A DNA stretch of 64,000 nucleotides, taken from the NCBI GenBank assembly GCA_037927135.1, contig JAXSPP010000006.1:32001-96000 (forward strand), given 5' to 3'. Under the pieces are notes generated by a model that was not told the origin of the DNA, made no database searches, and worked only from the letters and a program-made list of their open reading frames with translations. This document shows, in pieces, positions 1-9,807 of this stretch; positions within the stretch are counted from its first letter, which is position 1, and each line of letters begins with the position of its first letter. The stretch comes from Candidatus Pampinifervens sinense (GTDB lineage: Bacteria; Aquificota; Aquificia; Aquificales; Aquificaceae). The position numbers and the translations under genes are program-made.

Positions 1-447
1 CTTGTCCAAAATCTTTTTGTGTATACTTCTAAACTCTTCGGGCATAGGTGGAATTTGATCGGGCACCTCTTTTTCAAGGGAGATTATTTCAATCTCTATA
101 AGTGGGTTTATCTCTTTTAACTTCTTGATGGCTACAGCCACATTATAGCCTAGTCCAAAGCCAATATCCAAGATGCTTACCCTTTTGAAGCTTTGTGCCT
201 TCTCTAAAAGTCCGGAGGGTATCAAAAACTTTTCAAGACACTCCCTTATGGCACCTGCCGAGAGGCTATGGTAGGGCTCTCCATAGTAAGGATGTAAAAG
301 CGTATAGTCCCCTTCCTGTGTTTTCACAATACCAGACCCCTCAACGGAAGGCTTTAGCCAAGCCCTCAGCTCCAAAAGAATATTCTCTAATGGTAATTCA
401 ATACCTTGCTTCTTTAAGTAAAGCTTCAAAAGTTTTTCAAGGTCCAT
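1..447 (-). CDS. mnmD: tRNA mnm5s2U methyltransferase MnmC2/MnmD (DUF752), runs off window start
   Basis: Hand translation from ATG 447: ...TLLHPYYGEPYHSLSAGAIRECLEKF...ILDIGFGLGYN (SAM-binding motif); open to position 1; not in ORF track. Confidence 0.85.
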   Translation of the reverse strand, partial: MDLEKLLKLYLKKQGIELPLENILLELRAWLKPSVEGSGIVKTQEGDYTLLHPYYGEPYHSLSAGAIRECLEKFLIPSGLLEKAQSFKRVSILDIGFGLGYNVAVAIKKLKEINPLIEIEIISLEKEVPDQIPPMPEEFRSIHKKILDK

Positions 448-468
448 AAGGTAAAATTTAACTATGGC

Positions 469-1791
469 ATGAGAGGTTTTGAATGGACACCGCATAGAAT
501 ACTGCTAACTTCCTACTTAGTGGTAATACTCATAGGCTCCGTTCTTATATATTTTTCTACCATAAGGCCCATAAGCTACTTGGATGCCCTCTTTACCGCC
601 ACTTCCGCCACCACGGTAACAGGCCTTGTGGTTCTTGACACTGAAAAGGACCTAAACTTCTTTGGAAAGTTTGTGTTGTTGGCCCTCATTCAAATAGGTG
701 GTCTTGGATATATGACCCTTACCACTTACTTCTTTATAGCCCTTAGAAAAAAGCTTGGTCTTAGAGAAAGGCTCATGCTGGCAGAGTCTTTTAACTACCC
801 TGGTATGCACGGGCTTGTAAGGTTCACAAAAAGGATTATACCCCTTGTTTTCTTCATTGAGTTTCTTGGCATGCTTGCCCTTTTCCCACCCTTTCTGTTT
901 GAATTGAAAGATCCAGCAAAAGCTCTTTTTGCAAGCCTCTTTCACTCTGTTTCTGCCTTCAACAACGCCGGCTTTTCCACCTTTTCCAATAACCTTATGG
1001 CTTTTAAGGGAAATGTATGGGTAAACCTGGTCATAAGCCTTTTGATAATCCTTGGTGGCTTGGGCTTTTATGTAATATATGAGCTGATCCTCTACAAAAG
1101 GGGCGAGATAAGAAGAATTTCCACACATACAAAGCTTGTCCTCCTGTCTTCTTTCTTCCTTATACTTGTGGGCTTTCTTTTCCTACTTTTTGACCTGTGG
1201 CGGTTCAAAGATATGTCATTGAAGGAAAAGATACTTGCAAGCTTCTTTCATAGCGTTTCTGCCAGAACGGCCGGCTTTAACACCATAGATATTGCAAAGC
1301 TTTCTGAGGCATCACAGTTTTTGATAATAAACCTTATGTTTGTGGGAGCTTCTCCCGGGGGTACCGGTGGTGGCATAAAGACCATAACGGCCGTTGTGGT
1401 CTTTTTGGCTGTAATCTCTTATATAAAGGGTAGGCAGGATGTGGTAGTCTTTGGAAGGAGGCTTATAGAAGCCCAAGTGCACAGGGCCATGGTTATACTT
1501 AGCTTGGCCTTTGCCTACAACACTATTGTGGCCATGCTTGTGGCCGAGATTGAAAATATAAGGCTATTGCCCGCTCTCTTTGAGACGGTCTCGGCCTTTG
1601 CTACGGTGGGGCTTTCTCTGGGCAATCCTCAGGGTCTTAGCCTCTCCGCAGACTTTTCTCCTTTGGGTAAAGGCCTTATAATTCTAAGCATGCTCATAGG
1701 AAGGATTGGCCTGCTTGGCTTTATGCTTGCCCTTGTAGGCAGGGAAAGGCCAAGCCATGTAAAACTCCCTGAGGCGAGGCTTTTGATATGA
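469..1791 (+). CDS. ktrB: Trk/Ktr potassium uptake membrane subunit
   Basis: Selectivity-filter motifs TVTGL, FNNAGF, RTAGF, ATVGLS; PGGTGGGIK. Confidence 0.93.
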   Translation: MRGFEWTPHRILLTSYLVVILIGSVLIYFSTIRPISYLDALFTATSATTVTGLVVLDTEKDLNFFGKFVLLALIQIGGLGYMTLTTYFFIALRKKLGLRERLMLAESFNYPGMHGLVRFTKRIIPLVFFIEFLGMLALFPPFLFELKDPAKALFASLFHSVSAFNNAGFSTFSNNLMAFKGNVWVNLVISLLIILGGLGFYVIYELILYKRGEIRRISTHTKLVLLSSFFLILVGFLFLLFDLWRFKDMSLKEKILASFFHSVSARTAGFNTIDIAKLSEASQFLIINLMFVGASPGGTGGGIKTITAVVVFLAVISYIKGRQDVVVFGRRLIEAQVHRAMVILSLAFAYNTIVAMLVAEIENIRLLPALFETVSAFATVGLSLGNPQGLSLSADFSPLGKGLIILSMLIGRIGLLGFMLALVGRERPSHVKLPEARLLI

Positions 1792-2429
1792 AGAAGGTTT
1801 TCGGAGTCATTGGACTTGGAAGGTTCGGTTTTAATGTGGCAAAGACCTTGGCAGAAGGTGGTGCGGAAGTCATAGCATGCGATAAAGATGAGGAGAAGGT
1901 AAAGGCAATAGCGGAGCTTGTATCTCAAGCCTTCATACTTGATGCCACCGACGAGAAGGCTCTAAAGGAGTCTGGTATAGCCAATGCGGACGTGGTGATA
2001 GTTAGCATAGGAGAAAACATAGAGGCAAGTATACTGGTGGTTGTCCAGCTTATGGAGCTTGGAGTAAAGGAGATTATCGCAAAGGCGGTCAATCCTCTTC
2101 ATGGGAGGATATTAGAAAGACTTGGTGTGAGCAGGGTAATACATCCAGAGAGGGATATGGCCATAAGGCTTGCCCACTCTTTGCTTGTAGGTGGCTTTAT
2201 AGAGGAGATACCCATAGCAGAAAACTACAGCATCTTTGAGATGCTACCACCACAAAGGCTTCATAACAAGACTTTGAAGGACCTTGACCTAAGGAAGAAA
2301 TATGATATCACCGTTTTGGCCATAAAGAGGGGTGAGAGGTTTATAGTAAACCCATCGGGCGATGAAGTAGTGCTTCCAAACGATATACTTGTAGTGTTGG
2401 GCAACAGGGAGAGGATAGTATCCTTGTGA
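1788..2429 (+). CDS. ktrA: Ktr/Trk RCK regulatory subunit
   Basis: GLGRFG nucleotide-binding motif, RCK-N plus RCK-C domains, overlaps ktrB stop. Confidence 0.93.
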   Translation: MKKVFGVIGLGRFGFNVAKTLAEGGAEVIACDKDEEKVKAIAELVSQAFILDATDEKALKESGIANADVVIVSIGENIEASILVVVQLMELGVKEIIAKAVNPLHGRILERLGVSRVIHPERDMAIRLAHSLLVGGFIEEIPIAENYSIFEMLPPQRLHNKTLKDLDLRKKYDITVLAIKRGERFIVNPSGDEVVLPNDILVVLGNRERIVSL

Positions 2430-2438
2430 TAATATTCT

Positions 2439-3551
2439 ATGCTAATGCGTAAGCTTTTGCTTCTTCTTCTCTTTGTTCTTCTTGGTGCCTTTGTGCTTAT
2501 CTTTGCCATAAACAAGGAGGGGGAAAAGTATGCGGTGGTGGAAGAGAAAGAGATAAAGAGAATGGTCTATGGCTCTGGCTATGCCAGAAGCAAGGACTAT
2601 GTGCTTTTGAGGGCTGAGGTCTCTGGCTATATAAAAGAGGTCCTTGTAGGGGAGGGGGATTATGTAAAGAGGGGGCAGGTGCTTGCCATCATAGAAAGCG
2701 GTCCATTAGAAGAGAGTATAAAAGAGGCCTCTGAGAGGCTAAGACTTGCAAGAGAGAGGTCAAGGGAGGACTCTCCTTACATTAAAAGCTTGGAAAGTGC
2801 TTTAGAGTCTGCTAGAATAAACATGGAAAATGCCAAGAGGCTCTTTGAAAGAAGGGAGAGGCTCTTTTCACAGAGGCTAATACCAAGGGAGGCCTACGAA
2901 CAGAGTAAAACCCAGTATGAGATGGCAAAAAGGGAGTATGAGAGGGCAAAAAGTGCTTATGAAGATGCTTTAAAATCTCTAAGGGCTGAAGAGAGGATTC
3001 TTGAGGCCGAGCTAAGAAGGCTTTTGAAAGAGAAGGAAAAGTATATCATAAAAAGTCCTATAGATGGCTATGTCCTCAAAAGGTATGTAAGCAGGGGTGA
3101 TTATATAAACCATATGAGCCAAGACAATAAGCTTTTCTCCATAGGCTCAAGAGATTGGGAGGTTTGGCTGGAGGTGGATGAAGAGTATGCGGGGCTTGTA
3201 AAGGAGGGGCAAAGGGTGGTCCTTAAGCTGGATGCTTACCCAGATAGGACCTTTGAGGGGAAGGTAGCAAAGATAATAAGGGAGGTAGACAGAAGCAGAA
3301 AGCTTATCACTGTAAAGGTCTTTGCAGACCTTCCAAAGGAAACACCCTTTGGTGCCACAGTGGACGGCCAGATAGAGGTGGAAAACAAAAAGGTGCTTCT
3401 AATTCCTGTAAGTGCCTACAGAGATGGCTATGTGCTTGTATATGATGGTATAAGGAAGATAAAGGTGCCGGTAGAAGTTGGAGAGAGGTTTGGTGAGTAT
3501 ATTGAGGTAAAAAGTGGCCTACGGCCCGGTCAAAGGCTTGTCTTGCCATGA
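2439..3551 (+). CDS. Efflux periplasmic adaptor (HlyD/MacA-like)
   Basis: N-terminal TM anchor, lipoyl halves (VSGYIKEVLVGEGD; IKSPIDG) flanking a coiled coil. Confidence 0.88.
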   Translation: MLMRKLLLLLLFVLLGAFVLIFAINKEGEKYAVVEEKEIKRMVYGSGYARSKDYVLLRAEVSGYIKEVLVGEGDYVKRGQVLAIIESGPLEESIKEASERLRLARERSREDSPYIKSLESALESARINMENAKRLFERRERLFSQRLIPREAYEQSKTQYEMAKREYERAKSAYEDALKSLRAEERILEAELRRLLKEKEKYIIKSPIDGYVLKRYVSRGDYINHMSQDNKLFSIGSRDWEVWLEVDEEYAGLVKEGQRVVLKLDAYPDRTFEGKVAKIIREVDRSRKLITVKVFADLPKETPFGATVDGQIEVENKKVLLIPVSAYRDGYVLVYDGIRKIKVPVEVGERFGEYIEVKSGLRPGQRLVLP

Positions 3552-4768
3552 ACTATATCCTCTTTGTGGCCTTTAAGATGCTTTTTGAGAGAAAAAGGCA
3601 GACCTTGGTCTCCATCTTGGGCGTTTCTGTGGGTGTTTGTGCCTTTATAGTGATGAGCTCCCTCATGCTTGGCTTTCAAAACTACTTTATACAGCAGGTC
3701 ATAGACTTGGAGCCTCACATAAAGATAAAGCCAAGAGAAGAAGAGCAAGAGGTGGAAAAATACACCATCCTTCTTGGTGCAAAGCCAAAGGAAAAGGACA
3801 GGATACTTGGCTGGCAGAAGATCATAAAGGAGCTGGAAGGAAACCCACAGGTGGTAGGCAGTGCGGAAAGGCTCATAAGCAGGGGGATTTTAAAGTATGG
3901 TATAAAGGACAAGCCTATAACGCTCATTGGCATAAACCCGCAGAGGGAACCAAGGGCTTCTGTGATAGAGAGGTTCCTTGTCTATAAAAGGCTTGATAAG
4001 CTTGGGACAAACAGGACTGGTGTGATAATTGGCAGTCTTGTGGCAAGAAGCCTTGGAATAAAAGAGCTTGGCAAAAAGCTGGTGCTTGTGGCACCAAACG
4101 GGAAAAGCCTTTTGGTGAGCGTGGAGGACTTTTTTGACTCTGGCATAACCAACATAGATGATACAAGGGTCTATATAAACATAAAAACCCTTCAAAGCCT
4201 TTTGGAAAGGCAAGGAGAAGTAAACGAGATAGTGCTTAAGATAAGGGATGTGGACAGTGCGGAAAGGCTTGCAAGAGAGCTAAAAGAAAAAATACCCTAC
4301 GAGGTGGAAAGCTGGCAGAGGGCCTACAGGAACTTTTTAAGCATCTTCAAAATCCAAAACATCATAACCTACATGATAGTCTTTGCCATCTTGACCGTTT
4401 CGGCCTTTGGCATCTTTAACATAATCATGATGACCGTCCTTGAGAAGAAGAAGGATATTGCCATACTTATGGCCATGGGCTTTACAAGAAGGGACATACT
4501 TTTTATCTTTGTGGTGCAGGGCCTCATAATAGGATTGCTTGGTGCCATAATAGGCTCTTTCCTTGGCTTTGGATTGCAAGAATACCTTGAGTCTGTAAGG
4601 CTTGATGTGGAGGGCCTAATAAGAGCCAAGGGCTTTGTGCTGGACAGAAGCCCAATCCTTTACCTATATGCCTTTGTATTTGCCCTTTTCTTCTCCCTCT
4701 TGGCAAGCCTATATCCTTCCTACAGGGCAAGCAGGCTAAACCCTGTGGATATCTTCAGAAGCCAATGA
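3548..4768 (+). CDS. ABC transporter permease, MacB/LolC-E/FtsX family
   Basis: TM-periplasmic-3TM layout, EKKKDIAILMAMG, C-terminal YPSYRASRLNP. Confidence 0.88.
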   Translation: MNYILFVAFKMLFERKRQTLVSILGVSVGVCAFIVMSSLMLGFQNYFIQQVIDLEPHIKIKPREEEQEVEKYTILLGAKPKEKDRILGWQKIIKELEGNPQVVGSAERLISRGILKYGIKDKPITLIGINPQREPRASVIERFLVYKRLDKLGTNRTGVIIGSLVARSLGIKELGKKLVLVAPNGKSLLVSVEDFFDSGITNIDDTRVYINIKTLQSLLERQGEVNEIVLKIRDVDSAERLARELKEKIPYEVESWQRAYRNFLSIFKIQNIITYMIVFAILTVSAFGIFNIIMMTVLEKKKDIAILMAMGFTRRDILFIFVVQGLIIGLLGAIIGSFLGFGLQEYLESVRLDVEGLIRAKGFVLDRSPILYLYAFVFALFFSLLASLYPSYRASRLNPVDIFRSQ

Positions 4769-5418
4769 ATATAATAGAGCTAAGAGGAGTAAAAAAAGTC
4801 ATAGGCCAAGAGGAGATACTAAAAGGCATTGACCTTGAGATAAAAAAAGGTGAGTTTGTGGCCATCATAGGTGCGAGCGGTTCTGGAAAAAGCTCCATGC
4901 TATACATTATGGGACTTTTAGATAGGCCCACAGAGGGAGAGGTTTTCTTTGAGGGAGAAAGGATAGACTTTTCCAAGGAAGAAAAGATATCCAAGATAAG
5001 AAATCAAAAGCTGGGCTTTGTCTTTCAATTTCATTATCTTTTGCCAGAGTTTAGCCTTTTGGAGAATGTGATGATACCAGCCATAAGGCTTGGAATGAAA
5101 AAGGAAGAGGCAAGGGATAGGGCTTATGAGCTTTTGAGGAGGCTTGGCCTTGGTGGAAAGGAAAATAGGAAGATATACCAAATATCGGGCGGTGAGATGC
5201 AAAGGGTTGCCATAGCAAGGGCACTTATAAACAAGCCCTTGGTTATCCTTGCAGACGAGCCTACAGGAAACTTAGACAGCAAAAACACCCAAGCGGTCAT
5301 GGACATATTCAAAGACATAAACTCTGAAGGCACCACCATAGTGATGGTGACCCATGAACTGGAACTTGCAAGGCAGGCGCACAGGATTGTGGAGATGAAG
5401 GACGGAAGAATACTATAA
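4765..5418 (+). CDS. ABC transporter ATPase, LolD/MacB family
   Basis: GASGSGKS, ISGGEMQR, LADEPTGNLD. Confidence 0.92.
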   Translation: MNIIELRGVKKVIGQEEILKGIDLEIKKGEFVAIIGASGSGKSSMLYIMGLLDRPTEGEVFFEGERIDFSKEEKISKIRNQKLGFVFQFHYLLPEFSLLENVMIPAIRLGMKKEEARDRAYELLRRLGLGGKENRKIYQISGGEMQRVAIARALINKPLVILADEPTGNLDSKNTQAVMDIFKDINSEGTTIVMVTHELELARQAHRIVEMKDGRIL

Positions 5419-5503
5419 GTATCCTTTTTAAAATTATTTGAAGCATATGCCTGTTAGGAGCTTAGGCCTCAAGTTTACCTCTAGCATAAATATACATTAA
5501 ACA

Positions 5504-5986
5504 TTAAGTGATAAATTGCTCAATTATTCTAGAAATTTTATCTCTGTTAGTCTGCAGTACAATACATTTATCCACAGGTACAATGCGAAATTCCTTACCT
5601 TCTTTATTTACTTCTTTTTCACACTCAAGCACTTTTAAAAAGGGTATCCAGTACTGTAAGCTAGGTTGTTGTGGAGGAATAAATACAAACCAGACTGGAA
5701 TTCTTGTTAATTGCTCAAATGAGAAATATCTCCGAACCTCTAACTCTTCATCCAATGTGAAACACTTCTTACCATATCTCTCAAAATTTGCGTCTTTCCC
5801 TTTAACATCAATTGCAATTATACCAATTCCTTTTAAAATAACAAAAAAATCTGGCCGCTTTGTGATTTCTTTTTTAAAGAACTGTGAGAAGGTTTCTGGT
5901 GATTGTTCAATGTAGAAATAGCCATAATCTTGATTATCAAGCCATTCCTTAAATTGAAGTTCTGCCCAGTTCTCTTCTACTGACAT
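5504..5986 (-). CDS. Hypothetical protein with PD-(D/E)XK nuclease-like motif
   Basis: WAE...KRPDF...IAIDVK spacing; AGGAGGTG SD; AT-rich. Confidence 0.55.
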   Translation of the reverse strand: MSVEENWAELQFKEWLDNQDYGYFYIEQSPETFSQFFKKEITKRPDFFVILKGIGIIAIDVKGKDANFERYGKKCFTLDEELEVRRYFSFEQLTRIPVWFVFIPPQQPSLQYWIPFLKVLECEKEVNKEGKEFRIVPVDKCIVLQTNRDKISRIIEQFIT

Positions 5987-6015
5987 ATTTCACCTCCTAC
6001 CTAATTGTGAGTAAT

Positions 6016-6045
6016 ATTATAATAAACCCATTATACTTGTGTCAA
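6016..6045 (-). promoter_or_regulatory. Sigma70 promoter of the 5504-5986 gene
   Basis: TTGACA (6045-6040), 18 nt, TATAAT (6021-6016) on minus strand. Confidence 0.6.
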
Positions 6046-6163
6046 TTGGTTTGAACGTGCTTTAAAAAAATTATGCTTTAACTTTCTCACGAAGAAAATT
6101 CTAGTATAAGCTTCTATAGTTTAAGATTTGTTTTATCTGAACTGCGTGGGGTGTAAAGTAAGC

Positions 6164-7549
6164 CTATTCAAAAAGCCTAATGGCTTCCCTTAAAACCATA
6201 TTCACTTTCTCTTGGCTTGGCATCTCCACATATATCCTTATGAGAGGCTCTGTGCCGGAGGCTCTAAAAAGTAGCCAGCCATCATCCTCAAAGATGAGCT
6301 TTAGGCCATCAAGGGTATTTACCTTAAAAACCTTAAAGTCTCCAAGCCTTTCTGGTGGGTTCTTTATAAGTTCTTTTAGCTTTTCCTTTTTGTCCTCCTC
6401 CGCATGGAGGTCCACTCTCTTATAGTAGGCCTCTCCAAACTCTTTAAAGATCTCTTCTATTATCCCAGAGAGGGGCTTGTCCTTTAACATAATAAGCTCC
6501 AGAAGGTTCAAACCAGTAAAGAGTCCATCCCTCTCTGGAAGAAAATCCACAATGCCATATCCACCACTCTCCTCGCCACCAAAGAGGACCTTTTCCTTTA
6601 GTATGACCTCGTTTATGTTCTTAAAGCCCACTGCCACCTCTTTTAGCTCCACGCCGAAGGCCTTGCATATCCTGTCCGCAAGGTAGGTGGTGGAGACTGT
6701 CTTTACCACCAGACCATCCCTTAGCCCTTTGTTTTTCAAGAGATGATAAAGCAAAAGCACATAGATGAGCTGTGAGTTTACAAAGTTCCCTTTTTCATCC
6801 ACAAGGGCTATCCTGTCTCCATCTCCGTCGTTGGCTATGCCAAGGTCTGCACCGAGGGACCTAACTTTAAGGATCAGTGGTTGAAGGTGCTTTTCTACAG
6901 GTTCTGGCGCATGGCCTCCAAAGAGGGGATCCCTGTAGCTCCTTATATTTATGACAGATATCTTTGTGCCGGCAAGTATGTGGGAGTAGGTGCCAAGGGC
7001 AGAGCCATACATGGCATCATGGACCAAAAGCATATCCCTTTGTGATAATAGCTCCATATTTATCCTATTTTTTACCTCCCTCATATACTCTCCCCAGATG
7101 TTTATATACTCTGGCTTAAAGTTCTCCGGTTTTATGTCTTCTGAAATCTCTTTTTCTACCTCCGATATAAACTCCGGCGTGGCAGAGCCACCAAAATAGT
7201 CCTTTATCTTGTAGCCGTTATACTCCGGCGGATTGTGAGATGCGGTCATCATAACGCCGTTGTCAAAACCCATATACTTGACGGCAAAGGAGACCATGGG
7301 AGTGGTGCAAGCCTTGTTGGCAAGATAACACTCAAAGCCAAGTGTTCTAAAGACCTTATAGACCTCAAGGGCAAAATGCTCTGACATAAATCGGTTATCA
7401 TAGCCCACTATAACCTTCTTTTTCCCTTTCCTTTGGAGCACCTTGGCATGGGCATAGGCTACCCTTCTTACGTTTTCAAAGGTAAAGCTTTCGCCTATTA
7501 TGGCCCTCCATCCGTCGGTGCCAAACTTTATCATATACCTCCTCCGCAC
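6164..7549 (-). CDS. Phosphoglucomutase/phosphomannomutase
   Basis: FGTDG, TASHNP phosphoserine loop, DGDGDR, GEESG, RASGTEP. Confidence 0.93.
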   Translation of the reverse strand: MRRRYMIKFGTDGWRAIIGESFTFENVRRVAYAHAKVLQRKGKKKVIVGYDNRFMSEHFALEVYKVFRTLGFECYLANKACTTPMVSFAVKYMGFDNGVMMTASHNPPEYNGYKIKDYFGGSATPEFISEVEKEISEDIKPENFKPEYINIWGEYMREVKNRINMELLSQRDMLLVHDAMYGSALGTYSHILAGTKISVINIRSYRDPLFGGHAPEPVEKHLQPLILKVRSLGADLGIANDGDGDRIALVDEKGNFVNSQLIYVLLLYHLLKNKGLRDGLVVKTVSTTYLADRICKAFGVELKEVAVGFKNINEVILKEKVLFGGEESGGYGIVDFLPERDGLFTGLNLLELIMLKDKPLSGIIEEIFKEFGEAYYKRVDLHAEEDKKEKLKELIKNPPERLGDFKVFKVNTLDGLKLIFEDDGWLLFRASGTEPLIRIYVEMPSQEKVNMVLREAIRLFE

Positions 7550-7571
7550 TGTTCTATTATAATCTCTTTAA

Positions 7572-8669
7572 ATGATACCTCAGGAGATCTTAAAGGAAGC
7601 CTTAAGGAAGAATAAGTTAAAGAGTGAAACCTATGGAGACCTTGAATACCTTCGCTTTACCGATGATTTTAAGGAGATACCGAGGGGAACAGTTCTTTTC
7701 AAAGACACTGTAATCTGGGGCTATCCTCATATAGGTAGAATATTCCAGCTTTCTACAGGTATAAAGGAACAGTTTGAAGGGCCCTTTTGGGTGGAGGAGA
7801 AGGTAGATGGCTACAATGTAAGAATATTTATGCACAACGGTGAAGTTTATGCTCTCACAAGGGGTGGGCACATATGCGCTTTTACCACAGATAGGATAAA
7901 GGACTTTGTAAATCTGGAGGTCTTTGAAAAGTATCCTAACCTTGTTCTATGCATGGAGGTTGCAGGACCTGAGAATCCCTATGTGGAAGAAAGTCCGCCT
8001 TATATCAAAGAAGATGTGGCTTTTTTCCTTTTTGACATAATGCAAAAGAATCAATCTGGCTTTCTACCCTACAGGGAAAAGTTAAGAATCATAGAAGAAT
8101 TTGGTCTTCCGAGCGTAGAAAGGTATGGCCTATACACCCCCGATCAAGTGGAAGAGCTAAAGAAGCTCCTCAGAAGACTGAACGAAGAAAAGAAAGAAGG
8201 TGTTGTGCTAAAAGAAGATTCTCAGAGGGACAAAAGAGTAAAGTACATAACAAGCTATGCAAACCTGAACGATATAAGGGTAACCTCCCTCAATATGCTT
8301 GGCTTGCCCGCAGACTACTACACAAACAGACTTTTGAGACTTGTGCTCTTTTTGGAAGAGGAAGGAATAGAAGCGGACGAAGAACTAAAAAAGGAGCTAG
8401 GAAGAGCTTTTCTTGATGGACTTTTTGAAGCCTGCAGGATGGCTAAGGAAGAGGGAAAGGTTTATAGAGTCTTTAGGTGCAGGTTCAGAAGCAGGGAGAA
8501 GGCCCTAATATTCCTAGAACAGATTAAACATGCTTCCGTTCATATACAGGTCAATATGCTATCCCTTGAGAAAGAGGGGGACTTTTGGGTGCTTGAGTTT
8601 GAAAAGGTCTTCCTAAATATGACTGGCCTTTTAGGCTACCTTTTAAAGGGTGGGTCCCTTATAGACTAA
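7572..8669 (+). CDS. ATP-dependent RNA ligase, Rnl3 (Pab1020/MthRnl) family
   Basis: GYPHIGR, motif I EEKVDGYNVR, AGPENPY, FLFD, KEGVVLK, VKY. Confidence 0.88.
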   Translation: MIPQEILKEALRKNKLKSETYGDLEYLRFTDDFKEIPRGTVLFKDTVIWGYPHIGRIFQLSTGIKEQFEGPFWVEEKVDGYNVRIFMHNGEVYALTRGGHICAFTTDRIKDFVNLEVFEKYPNLVLCMEVAGPENPYVEESPPYIKEDVAFFLFDIMQKNQSGFLPYREKLRIIEEFGLPSVERYGLYTPDQVEELKKLLRRLNEEKKEGVVLKEDSQRDKRVKYITSYANLNDIRVTSLNMLGLPADYYTNRLLRLVLFLEEEGIEADEELKKELGRAFLDGLFEACRMAKEEGKVYRVFRCRFRSREKALIFLEQIKHASVHIQVNMLSLEKEGDFWVLEFEKVFLNMTGLLGYLLKGGSLID

Positions 8670-8672
8670 ACT

Positions 8673-9257
8673 CTACAGCAAGCTTTCAAGCATATGTCTA
8701 AATCCCTTTGGGTCTATAAGTTTTATGCCTACTTTGTCTGCCCAGCTTCTTAGGCCCTCATCGCCAGACACCAAAATAGCATCAAGCTCGTAAGCAAGCA
8801 AAAGCACATCAAGGTCCTCTTTACTATCTATTATGCCAGCCCTTAGGGCTTCTCTATACTTCTCCCTTAGCTTGTTTATGAGCCTTCCCACATCTTCCTC
8901 GCTAAGCCTTCCCGCTTCCTTTGTGTGCTCTTCTGCGATCCTTAGCCCTTTGTTTATCCTGTATCGTACCTCTTCTATAAATTCATAGAGGAACTCCGCT
9001 GGCACCATCAGGTTAAACCTTCTGGGAGACCTTATCCTTACCGCAAGCTCAAACTTTGGCCTAAGGCTTCCAAGATCTACCATTTTGTTGAACTCTTCAT
9101 ATACGGATGTGGGCATATAGAACTTAGCCCTGCTGTGAAGTGCCAAAGATATGAAGTTCTCTATAGCTCCTATCTGATCCTTTTCAAACTGGGTGTATAT
9201 GTCTGGATTGGTAAAAATGCTTGTATCCAGCACAAAAATTTCTATGCCCTTTTCCAT
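8673..9257 (-). CDS. RNA-free ribonuclease P (HARP, Aq_880-like, PIN domain)
   Basis: [48 protein letters not shown]; likely start ATG 9257. Confidence 0.9.
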   Translation of the reverse strand: MEKGIEIFVLDTSIFTNPDIYTQFEKDQIGAIENFISLALHSRAKFYMPTSVYEEFNKMVDLGSLRPKFELAVRIRSPRRFNLMVPAEFLYEFIEEVRYRINKGLRIAEEHTKEAGRLSEEDVGRLINKLREKYREALRAGIIDSKEDLDVLLLAYELDAILVSGDEGLRSWADKVGIKLIDPKGFRHMLESLL

Positions 9258-9372
9258 AGATTTATATTTTATAGCCAAAGAAAGGCTAAAGAATTGCAGA
9301 AGTTTTAAAAAGGTCTGGATTGCTTTAAGGTTTAAATTGACAGATACTTCCCTAAAGCTTATGATTTTAACT

Positions 9373-9738
9373 ATGAGAAAGGTATTTTTACTGCTTGTAG
9401 CGTTGCTAAGCTTTTATAGTCTTTCCACAGCCAAGGAAGTGCCTTTTACACAGGAGGATAGGGATAGGCTTATAAGGTTAGAGGAAGGTCAGAAGTTTTT
9501 ACAAAAGCAGATAGACAAACTCAGAAGCGATTTTAGAACTTATATGAGTATAGTGATAGGAAGCATTATAGCCCTTGTGGGATTTATCATATGGGATAGA
9601 AGAACTGCCATATCTCCAGTGGTGAAAAAGACAAGGGAACTTGAAGACAGAAGCGATAAAATTGAAAAAGTCCTAAAAGATTTAGCAAAAAGAAATCCAG
9701 AGATAGAGGAAGCTTTAAAAAGGGCTGGATTGTTATAG
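9373..9738 (+). CDS. Exported/membrane coiled-coil hypothetical protein
   Basis: ATG 9373; signal peptide, [20 protein letters not shown] helix, WDRRTAISP. Confidence 0.7.
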   Translation: MRKVFLLLVALLSFYSLSTAKEVPFTQEDRDRLIRLEEGQKFLQKQIDKLRSDFRTYMSIVIGSIIALVGFIIWDRRTAISPVVKKTRELEDRSDKIEKVLKDLAKRNPEIEEALKRAGLL

Positions 9739-9807
9739 TTTGATTTGTTTGGAAATAGATTTTTAAAGTGTTAAAATTTCCACAGAACAACCTAAGGAGG
9801 CGGGCCT

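Noticed and set aside
195-449. 84-aa plus-strand ORF
   Set aside because: Antisense to the recognisable mnmD frame
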